Source: Microcystaceae cyanobacterium (GTDB lineage: Bacteria; Cyanobacteriota; Cyanobacteriia; Cyanobacteriales; Microcystaceae). Taken from it: a DNA stretch of 64,000 nt. Shown here one piece after another: positions 53,469 to 63,388 of the stretch (position 1 is the stretch's first letter; every line of letters begins with the position of its first letter). The notes under the pieces are model-generated. The model was not told the DNA's origin, made no database searches, and worked only from the letters and a program-made list of their open reading frames with translations. The translations under genes and the position numbers were made by a program. The stretch spans positions 1 to 64,000 of the forward strand of contig JBGTGT010000120.1 of the NCBI GenBank assembly GCA_041746575.1, in the 5' to 3' direction.

Positions 53469-53621
53469 TTACATTAATCCCCAGAAATGCAGAACACCTT
53501 GGCCAGAGACTAATTCGACGATTAAAGCGGCAACAAACCCTAACATTGCCAGACGGCCATTCCAGTTCTCTGCATAGCGAGTAAAACCGAAGCGAGACTC
53601 ATTATTCGTGTTGTTGGTCAT
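53469..53621 (-). CDS. High-light-inducible protein (Hli/Scp); not in the ORF track
   Basis: 50 aa with [17 protein letters not shown] chlorophyll-binding motif and GQGVLHFWG; paralog identity not assignable. Confidence 0.95.
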   Translation of the reverse strand: MTNNTNNESRFGFTRYAENWNGRLAMLGFVAALIVELVSGQGVLHFWGLM

Positions 53622-53656
53622 AGTAATTTCCCCTGATGTAAAAAAGTATTAAGAAC

Positions 53657-53674
53657 TATATTAACAAATGTAAC
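53657..53674 (-). promoter_or_regulatory. HLR1-like (RpaB) direct repeat upstream of hli
   Basis: Minus strand GTTACATT-TG-TTAATATA; first half-site is consensus, second is degenerate. Confidence 0.5.
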
Positions 53675-53768
53675 GAAAAAAAACAGACATTGCAACCATG
53701 ACACAGGGAAGTCGGCAATTATCCCTTTAGATTATGGTTTTCACGGTCTGCGTTTCTGCCCCTTAATT

Positions 53769-53786
53769 GTTACAATAAGTTAACGA
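53769..53786 (+). promoter_or_regulatory. HLR1-like direct repeat upstream of the ABC1 kinase
   Basis: GTTACAAT-AA-GTTAACGA. Confidence 0.45.
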
Positions 53787-53812
53787 ACTCCTTGGTTGTG
53801 AAAAAATAACCC

Positions 53813-55804
53813 ATGCCAGACTCTGTTATGACCCAAAATCCAGACCTTGTGACCATCGATATCAAACCCCAGTATATCCCCACCACTCATCAAACCCCCT
53901 TAGGACCAGTCTATGACAATCAGCCCGAAAGCTGGCAATACAACCCTGAAACGATTGAAACTTACTATCGCCGGCGGCCTTTACAAGTTTTATTTCGGTT
54001 GATTAATATTTTGTGGCCGTTTGCTTCGTTTGCTTTGGGTATTTGGTGGGATAAAGTCACTAACAGAGGTTCACGACAACGTCAACGCCGGGCATTACAA
54101 CTCAAAGAAATCCTAACAAAACTGGGGCCAACCTACATTAAAATCGGTCAAGCTTTATCGACACGCCCTGATTTAGTTCCCCCTGATTATCTCGTCGAAT
54201 TAACTACCTTACAAGACCAATTGCCCTCCTTCCCTAACGAGCTTGCCTATCGTTTTATTCAAGAAGAACTGGGTCATCCTCCCGAAGATATTTATGCGGA
54301 ATTATCCCCTCAACCCATTGCCGCCGCATCTTTAGGGCAGGTGTATAAAGGTCGTTTAAAATCAGGGGAGAAAGTCGCCGTCAAGGTGCAACGTCCTGAC
54401 TTAATTCGTCGCATTACCTTAGATATTTATATTATGCGCCAAGCGGCAAAGTGGGCAACCAAGAATCTTAAAAAAATACGATCAGATTTAATTGGTATTA
54501 CAGACGAATTGGCAAGCCGAGTTTTTGAAGAAGTTAACTATATTCAAGAAGGGCAAAATGCCGAAAAATTTGCAGAACTTTATGGACATCTACCTGAAAT
54601 TTATGTTCCTAAAATTTATTGGGAATACACAGGACGAAGAGTCTTGACAATGGAATGGATAGATGGCACTAAATTAACCAACACACAAGCGATTCAAGCT
54701 CAAGGCATTGACGCTGCTCATTTGGTAGAAGTAGGCGTTCAATGTTCTTTAAGACAACTGCTAGAATCCGGTTTCTTTCACGCAGATCCCCATCCGGGTA
54801 ACCTTTTAGCTATGCCCGATGGACGATTGGCTTATTTGGATTTTGGGATGATGAGTCAAATTAAACCCTACCAACGCTATGGGTTAATCGAAGCCGTAGT
54901 TCACTTAGTCAATCGTGATTTTGAATCCTTAGCACGGGATTATATCAAGTTAGAATTCCTGACACCTGATACGGATTTAAGTCCCATTGTTCCCGCTTTA
55001 TCGCAGGTTTTTGGTAATGCGTTAGGGGCAAGCGTGGCAGAACTAAACTTCAAAAGTATCACCGATCAAATGTCAGCGATGATGTATGAATTCCCCTTCC
55101 GTGTTCCCGCTTATTATGCCCTTATTATTCGCTCAATGGTTACGCTAGAAGGGATCGCTATCGGTATTGATCCTAATTTTAAGGTACTGAGTAAAGCCTA
55201 TCCTTACGTTGCTAAACGATTATTAACTGATCCTTCAGAAGAATTAAGAACATCCTTAAGAGACTTGTTGTTTAAAGATGATAGTTTTCGTTGGAATCGT
55301 TTAGAAAACTTACTCAGAAATGCAGTCGATTCTCCCGACTATGAATTTGATAAAGTCCTCGATCAAGCAATGGATTTCCTATTATCAGAACGAGGAAATT
55401 TAATCCGCAGTCGTCTAGTAGATGCTTTGGTGAATAGCATTGATAATCTCAGTCGCCGAACTTGGTTTAATTTAACCACAGGCGTTCGTCAACAATTCGG
55501 TATGACAGTGCAAAAAATGCCCGAAGATTTAATTGAAAGTAGTCAAACCCTACACCATTTACAAAATATCTGGAAAATTCTGCAAAATACTCCCGGCTTT
55601 GATCCCTTGCGGGTAATTCAATTAAGCAATAAATTAGTCACAAAACCCGAAACCTATCAAATGGGACAACAAATTGTTGAAGAATTAACCCAAAAAGTGA
55701 TCGCTCGCGCCCTTCGCAATTTATTTTTAGAATGGGATAAAATGGCCCAAGAAGATCAAGTTTCTTCGGTGTCCAAATTTCCCCCTTTACTATCAGGAAA
55801 ATAA
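53813..55804 (+). CDS. ABC1/AarF/UbiB family atypical kinase
   Basis: LGPTYIKIGQALSTRPDL, AAASLGQVY, VAVKVQRP, FFHADPHPGN, DFG. Confidence 0.95.
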   Translation: MPDSVMTQNPDLVTIDIKPQYIPTTHQTPLGPVYDNQPESWQYNPETIETYYRRRPLQVLFRLINILWPFASFALGIWWDKVTNRGSRQRQRRALQLKEILTKLGPTYIKIGQALSTRPDLVPPDYLVELTTLQDQLPSFPNELAYRFIQEELGHPPEDIYAELSPQPIAAASLGQVYKGRLKSGEKVAVKVQRPDLIRRITLDIYIMRQAAKWATKNLKKIRSDLIGITDELASRVFEEVNYIQEGQNAEKFAELYGHLPEIYVPKIYWEYTGRRVLTMEWIDGTKLTNTQAIQAQGIDAAHLVEVGVQCSLRQLLESGFFHADPHPGNLLAMPDGRLAYLDFGMMSQIKPYQRYGLIEAVVHLVNRDFESLARDYIKLEFLTPDTDLSPIVPALSQVFGNALGASVAELNFKSITDQMSAMMYEFPFRVPAYYALIIRSMVTLEGIAIGIDPNFKVLSKAYPYVAKRLLTDPSEELRTSLRDLLFKDDSFRWNRLENLLRNAVDSPDYEFDKVLDQAMDFLLSERGNLIRSRLVDALVNSIDNLSRRTWFNLTTGVRQQFGMTVQKMPEDLIESSQTLHHLQNIWKILQNTPGFDPLRVIQLSNKLVTKPETYQMGQQIVEELTQKVIARALRNLFLEWDKMAQEDQVSSVSKFPPLLSGK

Positions 55805-55807
55805 GCC

Positions 55808-56110
55808 ATGTTTAAAGCGTTTTTGACGATTTCAAGCCTGTTTGCTATTATTTCTCTTAATAGTACTGCTTTTGCTCAAATTCGTGGAGGTAGTTCTACT
55901 GAATTCTTCCAGCAAGGTCAAGATCAAATGGATCGTGAAATCCAAAGAATAGAAAATCAAAGAGAAGGAGAAGAAGAAAATTTAGAACAAACCCTCAAAA
56001 TTAAACAACCCGAATCGGAAGACATTGAGGAAATGCCTGATAATCCCGAAAGCATAGATCATAACGTTCCTGAATCCACCGAACAAGAAATTGAAATTAA
56101 GCCAAATTGA
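55808..56110 (+). CDS. Hypothetical exported acidic protein
   Basis: Signal peptide ending AFA; FFQQGQDQMDREIQ; Glu-rich tail. Confidence 0.75.
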   Translation: MFKAFLTISSLFAIISLNSTAFAQIRGGSSTEFFQQGQDQMDREIQRIENQREGEEENLEQTLKIKQPESEDIEEMPDNPESIDHNVPESTEQEIEIKPN

Positions 56111-56148
56111 AAGCGAATGTTTAAAATATCAGAATAAACTAGGAATAT

Positions 56149-56454
56149 ATGATCAATTTAGCCGTTATCGCCTCTTTAATTTATGGCAGTTTAGCGATCT
56201 TCGGGGGATTACTAGGATATATTAAAGTCAAAAGTTTGCCATCCCTGATTTCAGGGACATTTAGCGGTATTTTATTAGTTATTGCCGCTATTTTGCAGTT
56301 TCAAGGTATTTTTTGGGGCAAATATTTAGCGATCGCTGTGACTCTTTTATTGATCGTTGTTTTTATTATTCGTTGGTACAAGACGAAAAAAGTGATGCCT
56401 GCTGGCATGATGGTTATAGTAGGGACGGCTTGTTTGGTGATGATAAGTAAGTAG
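56149..56454 (+). CDS. TMEM14 family membrane protein
   Basis: GGLLGY.K.KSLPSLISG, R...TKKVMPAG; several TMs. Confidence 0.9.
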   Translation: MINLAVIASLIYGSLAIFGGLLGYIKVKSLPSLISGTFSGILLVIAAILQFQGIFWGKYLAIAVTLLLIVVFIIRWYKTKKVMPAGMMVIVGTACLVMISK

Positions 56455-56662
56455 GTAAAAAAAGTTGTAAAATAGCTAGAGGACGAGCCTAAAGAGGAAA
56501 ATTGAAAAGTTGCTAGCCCCTTTAAGCGGAGAAACTTATTTAAAACTGATGGATTGGCAAGCCGAACAAGCCACTAAAAGATTGGCACAAACCGGACAAA
56601 TTACGGTTATTGTCCAAGATAATCCCCTATCCATCTGAGTAAAAAAGTCCGAGAACATTAGA
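56447..56662 (+). mobile_element. Internally deleted IS630-family remnant
   Basis: Frame from 56510 reads LLAPLSGETYLKLMDWQAEQATKRLAQTGQITVIVQDN, then shifts to IHLSKKVREH (DDE-type VxDNxxxH); TAAGTAGG end-like sequence at the left. Confidence 0.65.
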
Positions 56663-56664
56663 CA

Positions 56665-56898
56665 TTACTGGGCATTTCCTCCCCCCGTCGTTATGCCTGA
56701 ACCGATTCCCGCTAAAGTCTTATGCGTAATTAAAGCGCAAAAAGGATTTTGTTTTGAAGAAAAGCTTTGATTAGGTATAGCTATCGGTATTTCTTTATTT
56801 TCTTTCCTGTTAAGTTGAGGGATAAAATGCCCGATGCCGGTTGTTTTTGCCTTCGCCTTCGATGTGGTAACTGCCGCCCGATTGGAAGTTGAAGACAT
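56665..56898 (-). CDS. Small hypothetical protein
   Basis: 77-aa ATG-initiated ORF with Gly/Thr-rich end GIGSGITTGGGNAQ. Confidence 0.55.
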   Translation of the reverse strand: MSSTSNRAAVTTSKAKAKTTGIGHFIPQLNRKENKEIPIAIPNQSFSSKQNPFCALITHKTLAGIGSGITTGGGNAQ

Positions 56899-57085
56899 TT
56901 AATTTAACAGAATTTTTTCCTTTAAAGCCCTCAAAATGTAAACAACTTAGAGAAAATTAGCGAATTCTACGAGGATAAAGATGGCAAAAATTTAAGGGAG
57001 AAAGTCGAAAAATAAGTCCAATATTATTATAATCTAATTATCCCTAATCTTACCTGATATCCATCAAGGGTCGATTTTAAAATCA

Positions 57086-58218
57086 ATGACAAATTTTTCA
57101 AGTCCTCTTTTCACCATTGAAGTTCCAAAAAATGTGGGTCTTTCTGATCAAGTATGGCATCTAGATCAACTTTATCACTTAGGAAGGTCCCCATCTTACA
57201 CTTATGTCCATTCTCCGTTTACTTGTCCTAGAAGTTATCGTTCCAGTTGGTGGCAGAAAATAGGATTTTATCTTAAAAAGGGTTTCTTTTCAACTCAGCA
57301 AGCAGATAGACTTATCAAGTTTTTAGGGCTGGAGGATTTGGAGCCAAATATTAATAATTCATATTTTAGAAAGTGGCAAAAAATCATAATAAATATTGAC
57401 AAGATTTTGGAAAAAAATACTGACTTAGACATCTCTCAGTTAAAACAAATTATTCAATCTAATTCGTCAGCTAAGGAAATAATTTATGTTTTTTCTACTG
57501 AAGGGTTATACCCATTCACTTTTCAGATTGATCAACTAATTCAGCAAGCTGAATCTAAAGGAATCGCTCAAGACTTAAACTTTGCTGATCAATATTGGCA
57601 AGCGAGGAGTAAAATGCCTATTAATATTCCATTTGATCCGAATAAAATTAAAATTTTGCTCCATATCAGAAAAGGCGATACAGCTTGTGTTCAGCTCAAT
57701 CATAAAACAATTTATACTCATGGAGCTATGGCCAAGATCGCTAACTCGTTTGAGGAACTAAACGGTTACTTTAGAAAACCCGTAGAGGATCGAGAATATC
57801 ACTTGATTCTTCATAAAATTTTTGCAAAATACGGAAATCAAGCGTTTTCTACTATTGTTATTTCTGATGGTTATAACGGGACATTTAGAACGATTTTAAA
57901 ATCGCTTTTAAAAGAACAAATTTATTTAAATTTTAAGGAAATAATTCAACTCATCATCATGCAATTGTCGGCTAACAGCAAATTCGAGGATTTTTTATCC
58001 TATTCTGATACGTCTATTATTATTGGGGAATATAATCAAAATTTACTCAAAAGTATTCAAGCATCTGTTTGTTAGGATCAAGTGGTTTTCCTTATTGGGT
58101 TCATTACACTTTTAAAAAAAATAATCGCCCTTCCTTTGTTGCTTCTACTAATTCATTTGATGAAGAAACCCTTCTTCGTATTGAAGGTCTGTTCGACTCA
58201 TTCTTTAAACTAAACTGA
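57086..58218 (+). pseudogene. Fucosyltransferase-like (HxRxGD) glycosyltransferase with a 3' frameshift
   Basis: LHIRKGD and ISDG motifs; stops at ASVC* (58075) while another frame from 58072 continues LGSSGFPYW... to TGA at 58218. Confidence 0.6.
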
Positions 58219-58220
58219 GG

Positions 58221-60578
58221 CTAAAATAAGTTCAAAAATTGAGCAGAAAGCATGGGACGACCAAAATAATAACCCTGTCCATAGTCACAAGCTTGAAGAC
58301 GGAGAAAGTCTGCTTGTGCTTTAGTTTCAACGCCTTCCGCTATCACTCTTAAATTTAAACTATGAGCCATCGCAATAATCGTTTTTACTAAAGAAATAGC
58401 TTCTGGATCATAGGGAATATCTGCAATAAAAGATTTATCAATTTTAATGACATTAAAAGGAAACTTTTTTAGATAACTTAACGAGGAATATCCGGTTCCG
58501 AAATCATCCAAAGACAGTCGAATATGTAACTGATGTAATTGAGTAATTAAATTATTTGCCCCCGGAATTTCTTCAACTAATAATCATTCTGTTAATTCTA
58601 ATTCTAAGCAGTGATTCGGTAAATTGTGATAACGAATAGCCGTCTGCACGATATCGAGAAAATTGGTTTCCCGAAACTGACGAGGGGATAAATTCACGGC
58701 TACCCAGATAGAAGGACGGGTTTTACGCCAATGCGCCACATCTTGACACGCTTGATTTAAAATCCATGCGCCTAATTCCGCGATTAATCCTGTTTCCTCA
58801 GCAATGGGGATAAATTGGTCGGGAAAAATTGCTCCTAGCTTCTCATTTTGCCAACGCATTAACGCTTCCACTCCCACTACTTGATTATTTGTTAAATCAA
58901 CGAGGGGTTGATAGAGCGCATAAATTTCCTTTTTTTCGAGGGCGTGACGCATTTGTCCTTCGATTTGTCGTCTTTCTTGGGCATTTTCGTTCATTTGAGC
59001 CGTAAAAAACTTAAAACCATTGCGCCCATCCCGCTTCACTCGATACATCGCCGTATCTGCATTGCGGAGTAAGATATCAATTTCTGCTCCATCATCGGGG
59101 TATAAGGTAATGCCAATACTGGTAGAGACAAAGATTTCTTCTTCTCCCAACTGGAAAGGTGATTCAAGGGCAGAAAGAATTTTTAAGGACACTCGTTCAG
59201 CTTGGCAATAATCGTTTAAATTCGTTAGAATAATCAAAAATTCATCACCTCCTAAGCGAGCCACTGTATCACTTTGCCGCAGACACCCAGACAATCTTTG
59301 CGCCGTTTGCACCAGTATTTGATCGCCTATATCATGGCCAAGGGTATTATTAATATTCTTGAAATTATCTAAATCCAAAAACATGACGGCTACCTTCTGA
59401 TGGGTACGCCTCGCTTGGACAATAGATTGCTGTAATCGGTCAAATACCAGAAAACGGTTAGACAAATGAGTGAGAGCATCATGATTCGCTTGATAACTTA
59501 AGCGTTCTTCTTGTAGCTTCCGTTCTGTAATATCTTCTTTAACTCCAACGAAATGAGTAATCTGCCCTTCATAGTTATAAATAGGTGAAATAGAGGCAAT
59601 TTCCCAAAATAATTCGCCATTTTTACGACGATTACACAATTCTCCATGCCATTCGTTGCCACTGATAATCGTTTGCCATAGAAATTGATAAACTTCAGGC
59701 GCAATGTTACCTGATTTCAATAAACGGGGATTTTGTCCGATGACTTCTTGGGCAGTATAACCTGTTAATTCTTCAAATTTGGGGTTAACATATTCAATAT
59801 TACCGTCGATATTCGTAATTATTATAGAAGCAGGACTTTGCTCCACCGCACGCCAAAGGATCTGCAGTTTTTCGTCGGTACGCTTGCTCTCGGTAATATC
59901 GTTAATACTCACGAGATAAGCCGATAAGTTTTGCCAAGAAATCAAAGTATTACGTAATTGGGCAATGCGCAGACCTTTTTCGGCATTAAAAACCTCAATT
60001 TCTGTTGATTCGTTCTCAATAATTGGTAATCCCAGCATTTCTCCCAATAATTGAGCAGACGGACGACCAAAGAGCGTTTCAGCAGAAGAATTTGCAAATA
60101 AAACCGTTCCTTGTCTATCTAGAACGAGAATGGCATTAATATCTCCTTGAATAATCGTTTTTAAGCGTTCCTCCGATTCTTTCAGCGATCGCTCTGTTTC
60201 TTGATACTGAGTAATATCATGACAAAGCACCACCGTCCCCAACCTATTCTGATGCGTATCAAAAATCAACTGAAAATCAAGGGTTAACCATTTATTTTGG
60301 CAATCAATTAGGCAATTGAGGGTGTAAGTCTTTGTTCTTTCGCCCGCTTTTTTAAAGTCTTCTAGTTTCTCGCCAATTTCACCCAATTGAAGTGAGGATA
60401 AATTGAGGAAAGAAGGGGAGGTTAGGGGTTGTAATAAGCGTATAGCGGCATCGTTTGCGTCAATAAAGCGATAGTGAACATCAAAAATCAGCACAGCGTC
60501 TTTTGAATGCTGAAATACTGCCCGATAGGAGTCATGATTTGCTGATAAATTTCTACTTTCTCCCTTAAATTCTTTCAT
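58221..60578 (-). pseudogene. PAS-PAS-PAS-GGDEF-EAL c-di-GMP enzyme with one in-frame TGA in the EAL domain
   Basis: HDALT, DLDNFK, RLGGDEF, EALMR, VNLS, ELELTE*LLVEE...LSLDDFGTGYSS, KID, AEGVE, QGY all in one frame; TGA at 58584-58586. Confidence 0.9.
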
Positions 60579-60886
60579 TGGCTTGATTTTCGGACGATGG
60601 GCGGGTCAGCTACAGAGATAACCTCCTAACAACAAAAGTTTATCCTGTTGAGAGTGTCCCTAATCAGAATTGTAGAGAAAAGATCATAAAAAAGGATTTT
60701 TTCTTAACAATAATCCAAAAAATAGTATCTCTTGTTTCTGGGAGCTTATCTAATACGAAATTTACCTTTAAAAAGGCAGAAGTCAAAAATCAGGCAGGTA
60801 AAATTCACAATTCATCTAATAGGTTCTTTGCAATTCTAGCCAATATTATGTAAATTTGTATCAGCGTCGTTATCTTAATTAACCCT

Positions 60887-61906
60887 ATGTTGCCTGCGGT
60901 TGTTGTTGAACATCTTCAAAAGTCTTACGGAACGATACCAGCAGTTAAAGATATATCCTTTAAAGTCCAAGCCGGAGAAATCTTCGGACTGCTAGGCCCT
61001 AATGGGGCGGGTAAAACCACTACGATTCGCTGTTTATGTACCTTAGCAACCCCTGATAGTGGAATTTTAGAGGTGGGTGGTCTTTCTGTTGTCGATAACC
61101 CCAGAGGAGTACGTCGCCGTCTAGGGTATGTTGCCCAAGAAGTTGCCCTCGATAAAATGTTAACAGGACGGGAATTACTACAATTGCAGGCGGCTTTGTA
61201 CCATCTTCCCCGTCAACGTTCTCAACAAAGAATTGAGCAATTAATTGAGTTATTAGGCTTAAATAACTATGCAGGCCAAAAAACGGGGACTTATTCAGGA
61301 GGCATTCGTAAACGTTTAGACTTAGCGGCCGGATTACTTCATCAGCCCGAAGTGTTAGTCTTAGATGAACCCACCGTCGGTCTTGATATTGAGAGTCGCC
61401 GCATTGTCTGGGAATTTTTAAAGCAATTAAAAGAAGCAGGGACAACTGTCCTGATTACCAGTCATTATCTTGAAGAAATTGATATTTTAGCCGACAGCGT
61501 GGCGATTATTGACCAAGGGGTGGTGATTGCTGAAGGCGCACCTTCGGAATTAAAAGATCGCCTAGGTGGTGATAGAGTGACCTTACGGATACGAGAATTT
61601 GCATCCGAAGAAGAAGCCAATAAAGCTAAGATTATTTTGCAAGATTTGCCTTTCATTGAAGGAATTATCGTAAATTCTGCCCAAGGAAACAGCTTAAATT
61701 TGGTGGTCACTCCCCAAAGTAATCCTCTAAGTAAAATAGAACAAGCGTTAGAATCCGTCAGCGTACCCATTTTTAGTATGGCGCAATCCCGTCCCAGCTT
61801 AGATGACGTCTATCTAGCCGCCACTGGACAAACCCTAATGGATGCTGAAATGGCCGCTTCTGGAAAAAGAGACTTAAAAGCCGAGAAAAAGCAATCGATG
61901 CCCTAA
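60887..61906 (+). CDS. ABC transporter ATP-binding protein (DrrA-like)
   Basis: GPNGAGKT, YSGG, LDEPT, SHYLEE. Confidence 0.95.
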   Translation: MLPAVVVEHLQKSYGTIPAVKDISFKVQAGEIFGLLGPNGAGKTTTIRCLCTLATPDSGILEVGGLSVVDNPRGVRRRLGYVAQEVALDKMLTGRELLQLQAALYHLPRQRSQQRIEQLIELLGLNNYAGQKTGTYSGGIRKRLDLAAGLLHQPEVLVLDEPTVGLDIESRRIVWEFLKQLKEAGTTVLITSHYLEEIDILADSVAIIDQGVVIAEGAPSELKDRLGGDRVTLRIREFASEEEANKAKIILQDLPFIEGIIVNSAQGNSLNLVVTPQSNPLSKIEQALESVSVPIFSMAQSRPSLDDVYLAATGQTLMDAEMAASGKRDLKAEKKQSMP

Positions 61907-61998
61907 TTTCAGTAAACCGTAATCTGTCTTTTTTAGGGGTTTGTTCCCGATTGTCCAAACCATAGAAACTAAACCTTTACATCAGGAAAAGTGTCAAA

Positions 61999-62883
61999 AT
62001 GAGTCAAACTTTAACAAAACCCAATTTAGATTCTAATTCTGCCTTAAAACCCTCTGTAGAAGACTCCAATAGTGCCTTAGGGGATTTCACCCAAGAAACC
62101 TTGGCCATGACGAAGCGATTGTTCATTCAACTGAAAAGACGACCTTCTACCCTTATCGCGGGAATTATTCAGCCTTTTATGTGGTTAATTCTCTTTGGTG
62201 CTTTATTCTACAATGCCCCTCAAGGATTATTTGGCAATGACCTTAATTATGCCCAATTTTTAGCCCCCGGTATCATTGTGTTTACCGCTTTTTCGGGAGC
62301 GTTAAATGCAGGTCTTCCCGTGATGTTTGACCGAGAATTCGGCTTTTTAAATCGTTTTCTCGTTGCACCTTTATCTTCCCGTTATTCTATCGTTGCCGCT
62401 TCTACTCTCTATATTATTACCTTAAGTTTAATTCAAACGGCTGTGATTGTGGCGGTTAGTGCCGTTTTAGGCGCAGGATTACCCAATTTAGCGAGTTTAA
62501 GCATGATTACCCTCATTGTTTTTCTGGTGGTGCTTGGGGTGACTGCTCTTAGTTTGGGGTTAGCGTTTGCTTTACCAGGGCATATTGAGTTAATTGCTGT
62601 GATTTTTGTGACAAATTTACCCTTACTCTTCGCCAGTACTGCTCTTGCGCCCTTATCCTTTATGGCGAAATGGTTACAAGTGGTCGCCAGTCTAAACCCC
62701 CTCACCTACGCCATTGACTCTATTCGCTATATTTATCTTGAGAGAGATTGGCATTGGCATAGCACAGTATTATCTACCCCTTGGGCGAATCTAAACTTTA
62801 TCACGGTCATTCTCGTATTGTTAGGATTCAATGGGTTAATATTATTAGCAGTACAGCCCTTATTACGCCGCCGTTTCGCTTAG
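61999..62883 (+). CDS. ABC-2 transporter permease (Ycf38-like)
   Basis: FDREFGFLNR.LVAP, NPLTYA; multiple TMs; follows the ATPase. Confidence 0.93.
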   Translation: MSQTLTKPNLDSNSALKPSVEDSNSALGDFTQETLAMTKRLFIQLKRRPSTLIAGIIQPFMWLILFGALFYNAPQGLFGNDLNYAQFLAPGIIVFTAFSGALNAGLPVMFDREFGFLNRFLVAPLSSRYSIVAASTLYIITLSLIQTAVIVAVSAVLGAGLPNLASLSMITLIVFLVVLGVTALSLGLAFALPGHIELIAVIFVTNLPLLFASTALAPLSFMAKWLQVVASLNPLTYAIDSIRYIYLERDWHWHSTVLSTPWANLNFITVILVLLGFNGLILLAVQPLLRRRFA

Positions 62884-62918
62884 CACTAAGTCGCAGAAAT
62901 CTGAGGAGTTATTTAGCT

Positions 62919-63272
62919 ATGAAAACCGCTTTAATCTTTACCAGTGTGACCAGTTTTTTATTGAGTGTTGCCCCGATTACGGTTGCCCAAGAATATCAAC
63001 CAGAAGGGTTATTACAGCCGAATACGGAAGGGGGAGAATTTCAAAAAAATTCAGTGGATTCCCTAGGAGAAAGTTCCTTTGGCGGTGGTTTTGATCCTTT
63101 GCAATTGATTCACAATCACAATCTTAGACGGAGTCGAGGGGGAGCAGAATTTGCCGAAGATTCGGAAGTGAATTTAAACAACGCCGCCGAGCAGTTCAAA
63201 AAATTGCAACAACAACGCCTTTTAGAACAACAAAACAGCACTTCTACTGAAGCAGGCAATGAGGAATTGTAA
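62919..63272 (+). CDS. Hypothetical exported protein
   Basis: GAGGAG RBS, ATG at 62919, signal peptide ending VAQ, FDPLQLIH. Confidence 0.75.
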   Translation: MKTALIFTSVTSFLLSVAPITVAQEYQPEGLLQPNTEGGEFQKNSVDSLGESSFGGGFDPLQLIHNHNLRRSRGGAEFAEDSEVNLNNAAEQFKKLQQQRLLEQQNSTSTEAGNEEL

Positions 63273-63388
63273 AGGAAAAAAGGCAGGATAAAATTCAGTA
63301 TGTTTTTGAGTTAATTTAATGAAACAGACTCTTTCTCTATACTTTACTTTTCATCCATTCGTTGCCCTCAAATCTCTCGTCATTCAAT

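Noticed and set aside
58584..58586. Selenocysteine or alternative genetic code at the in-frame TGA
   Set aside because: The position is not a Cys site, no SECIS-like hairpin is evident, and TGA is a normal stop elsewhere in the window (fusA, pilN, nusA)
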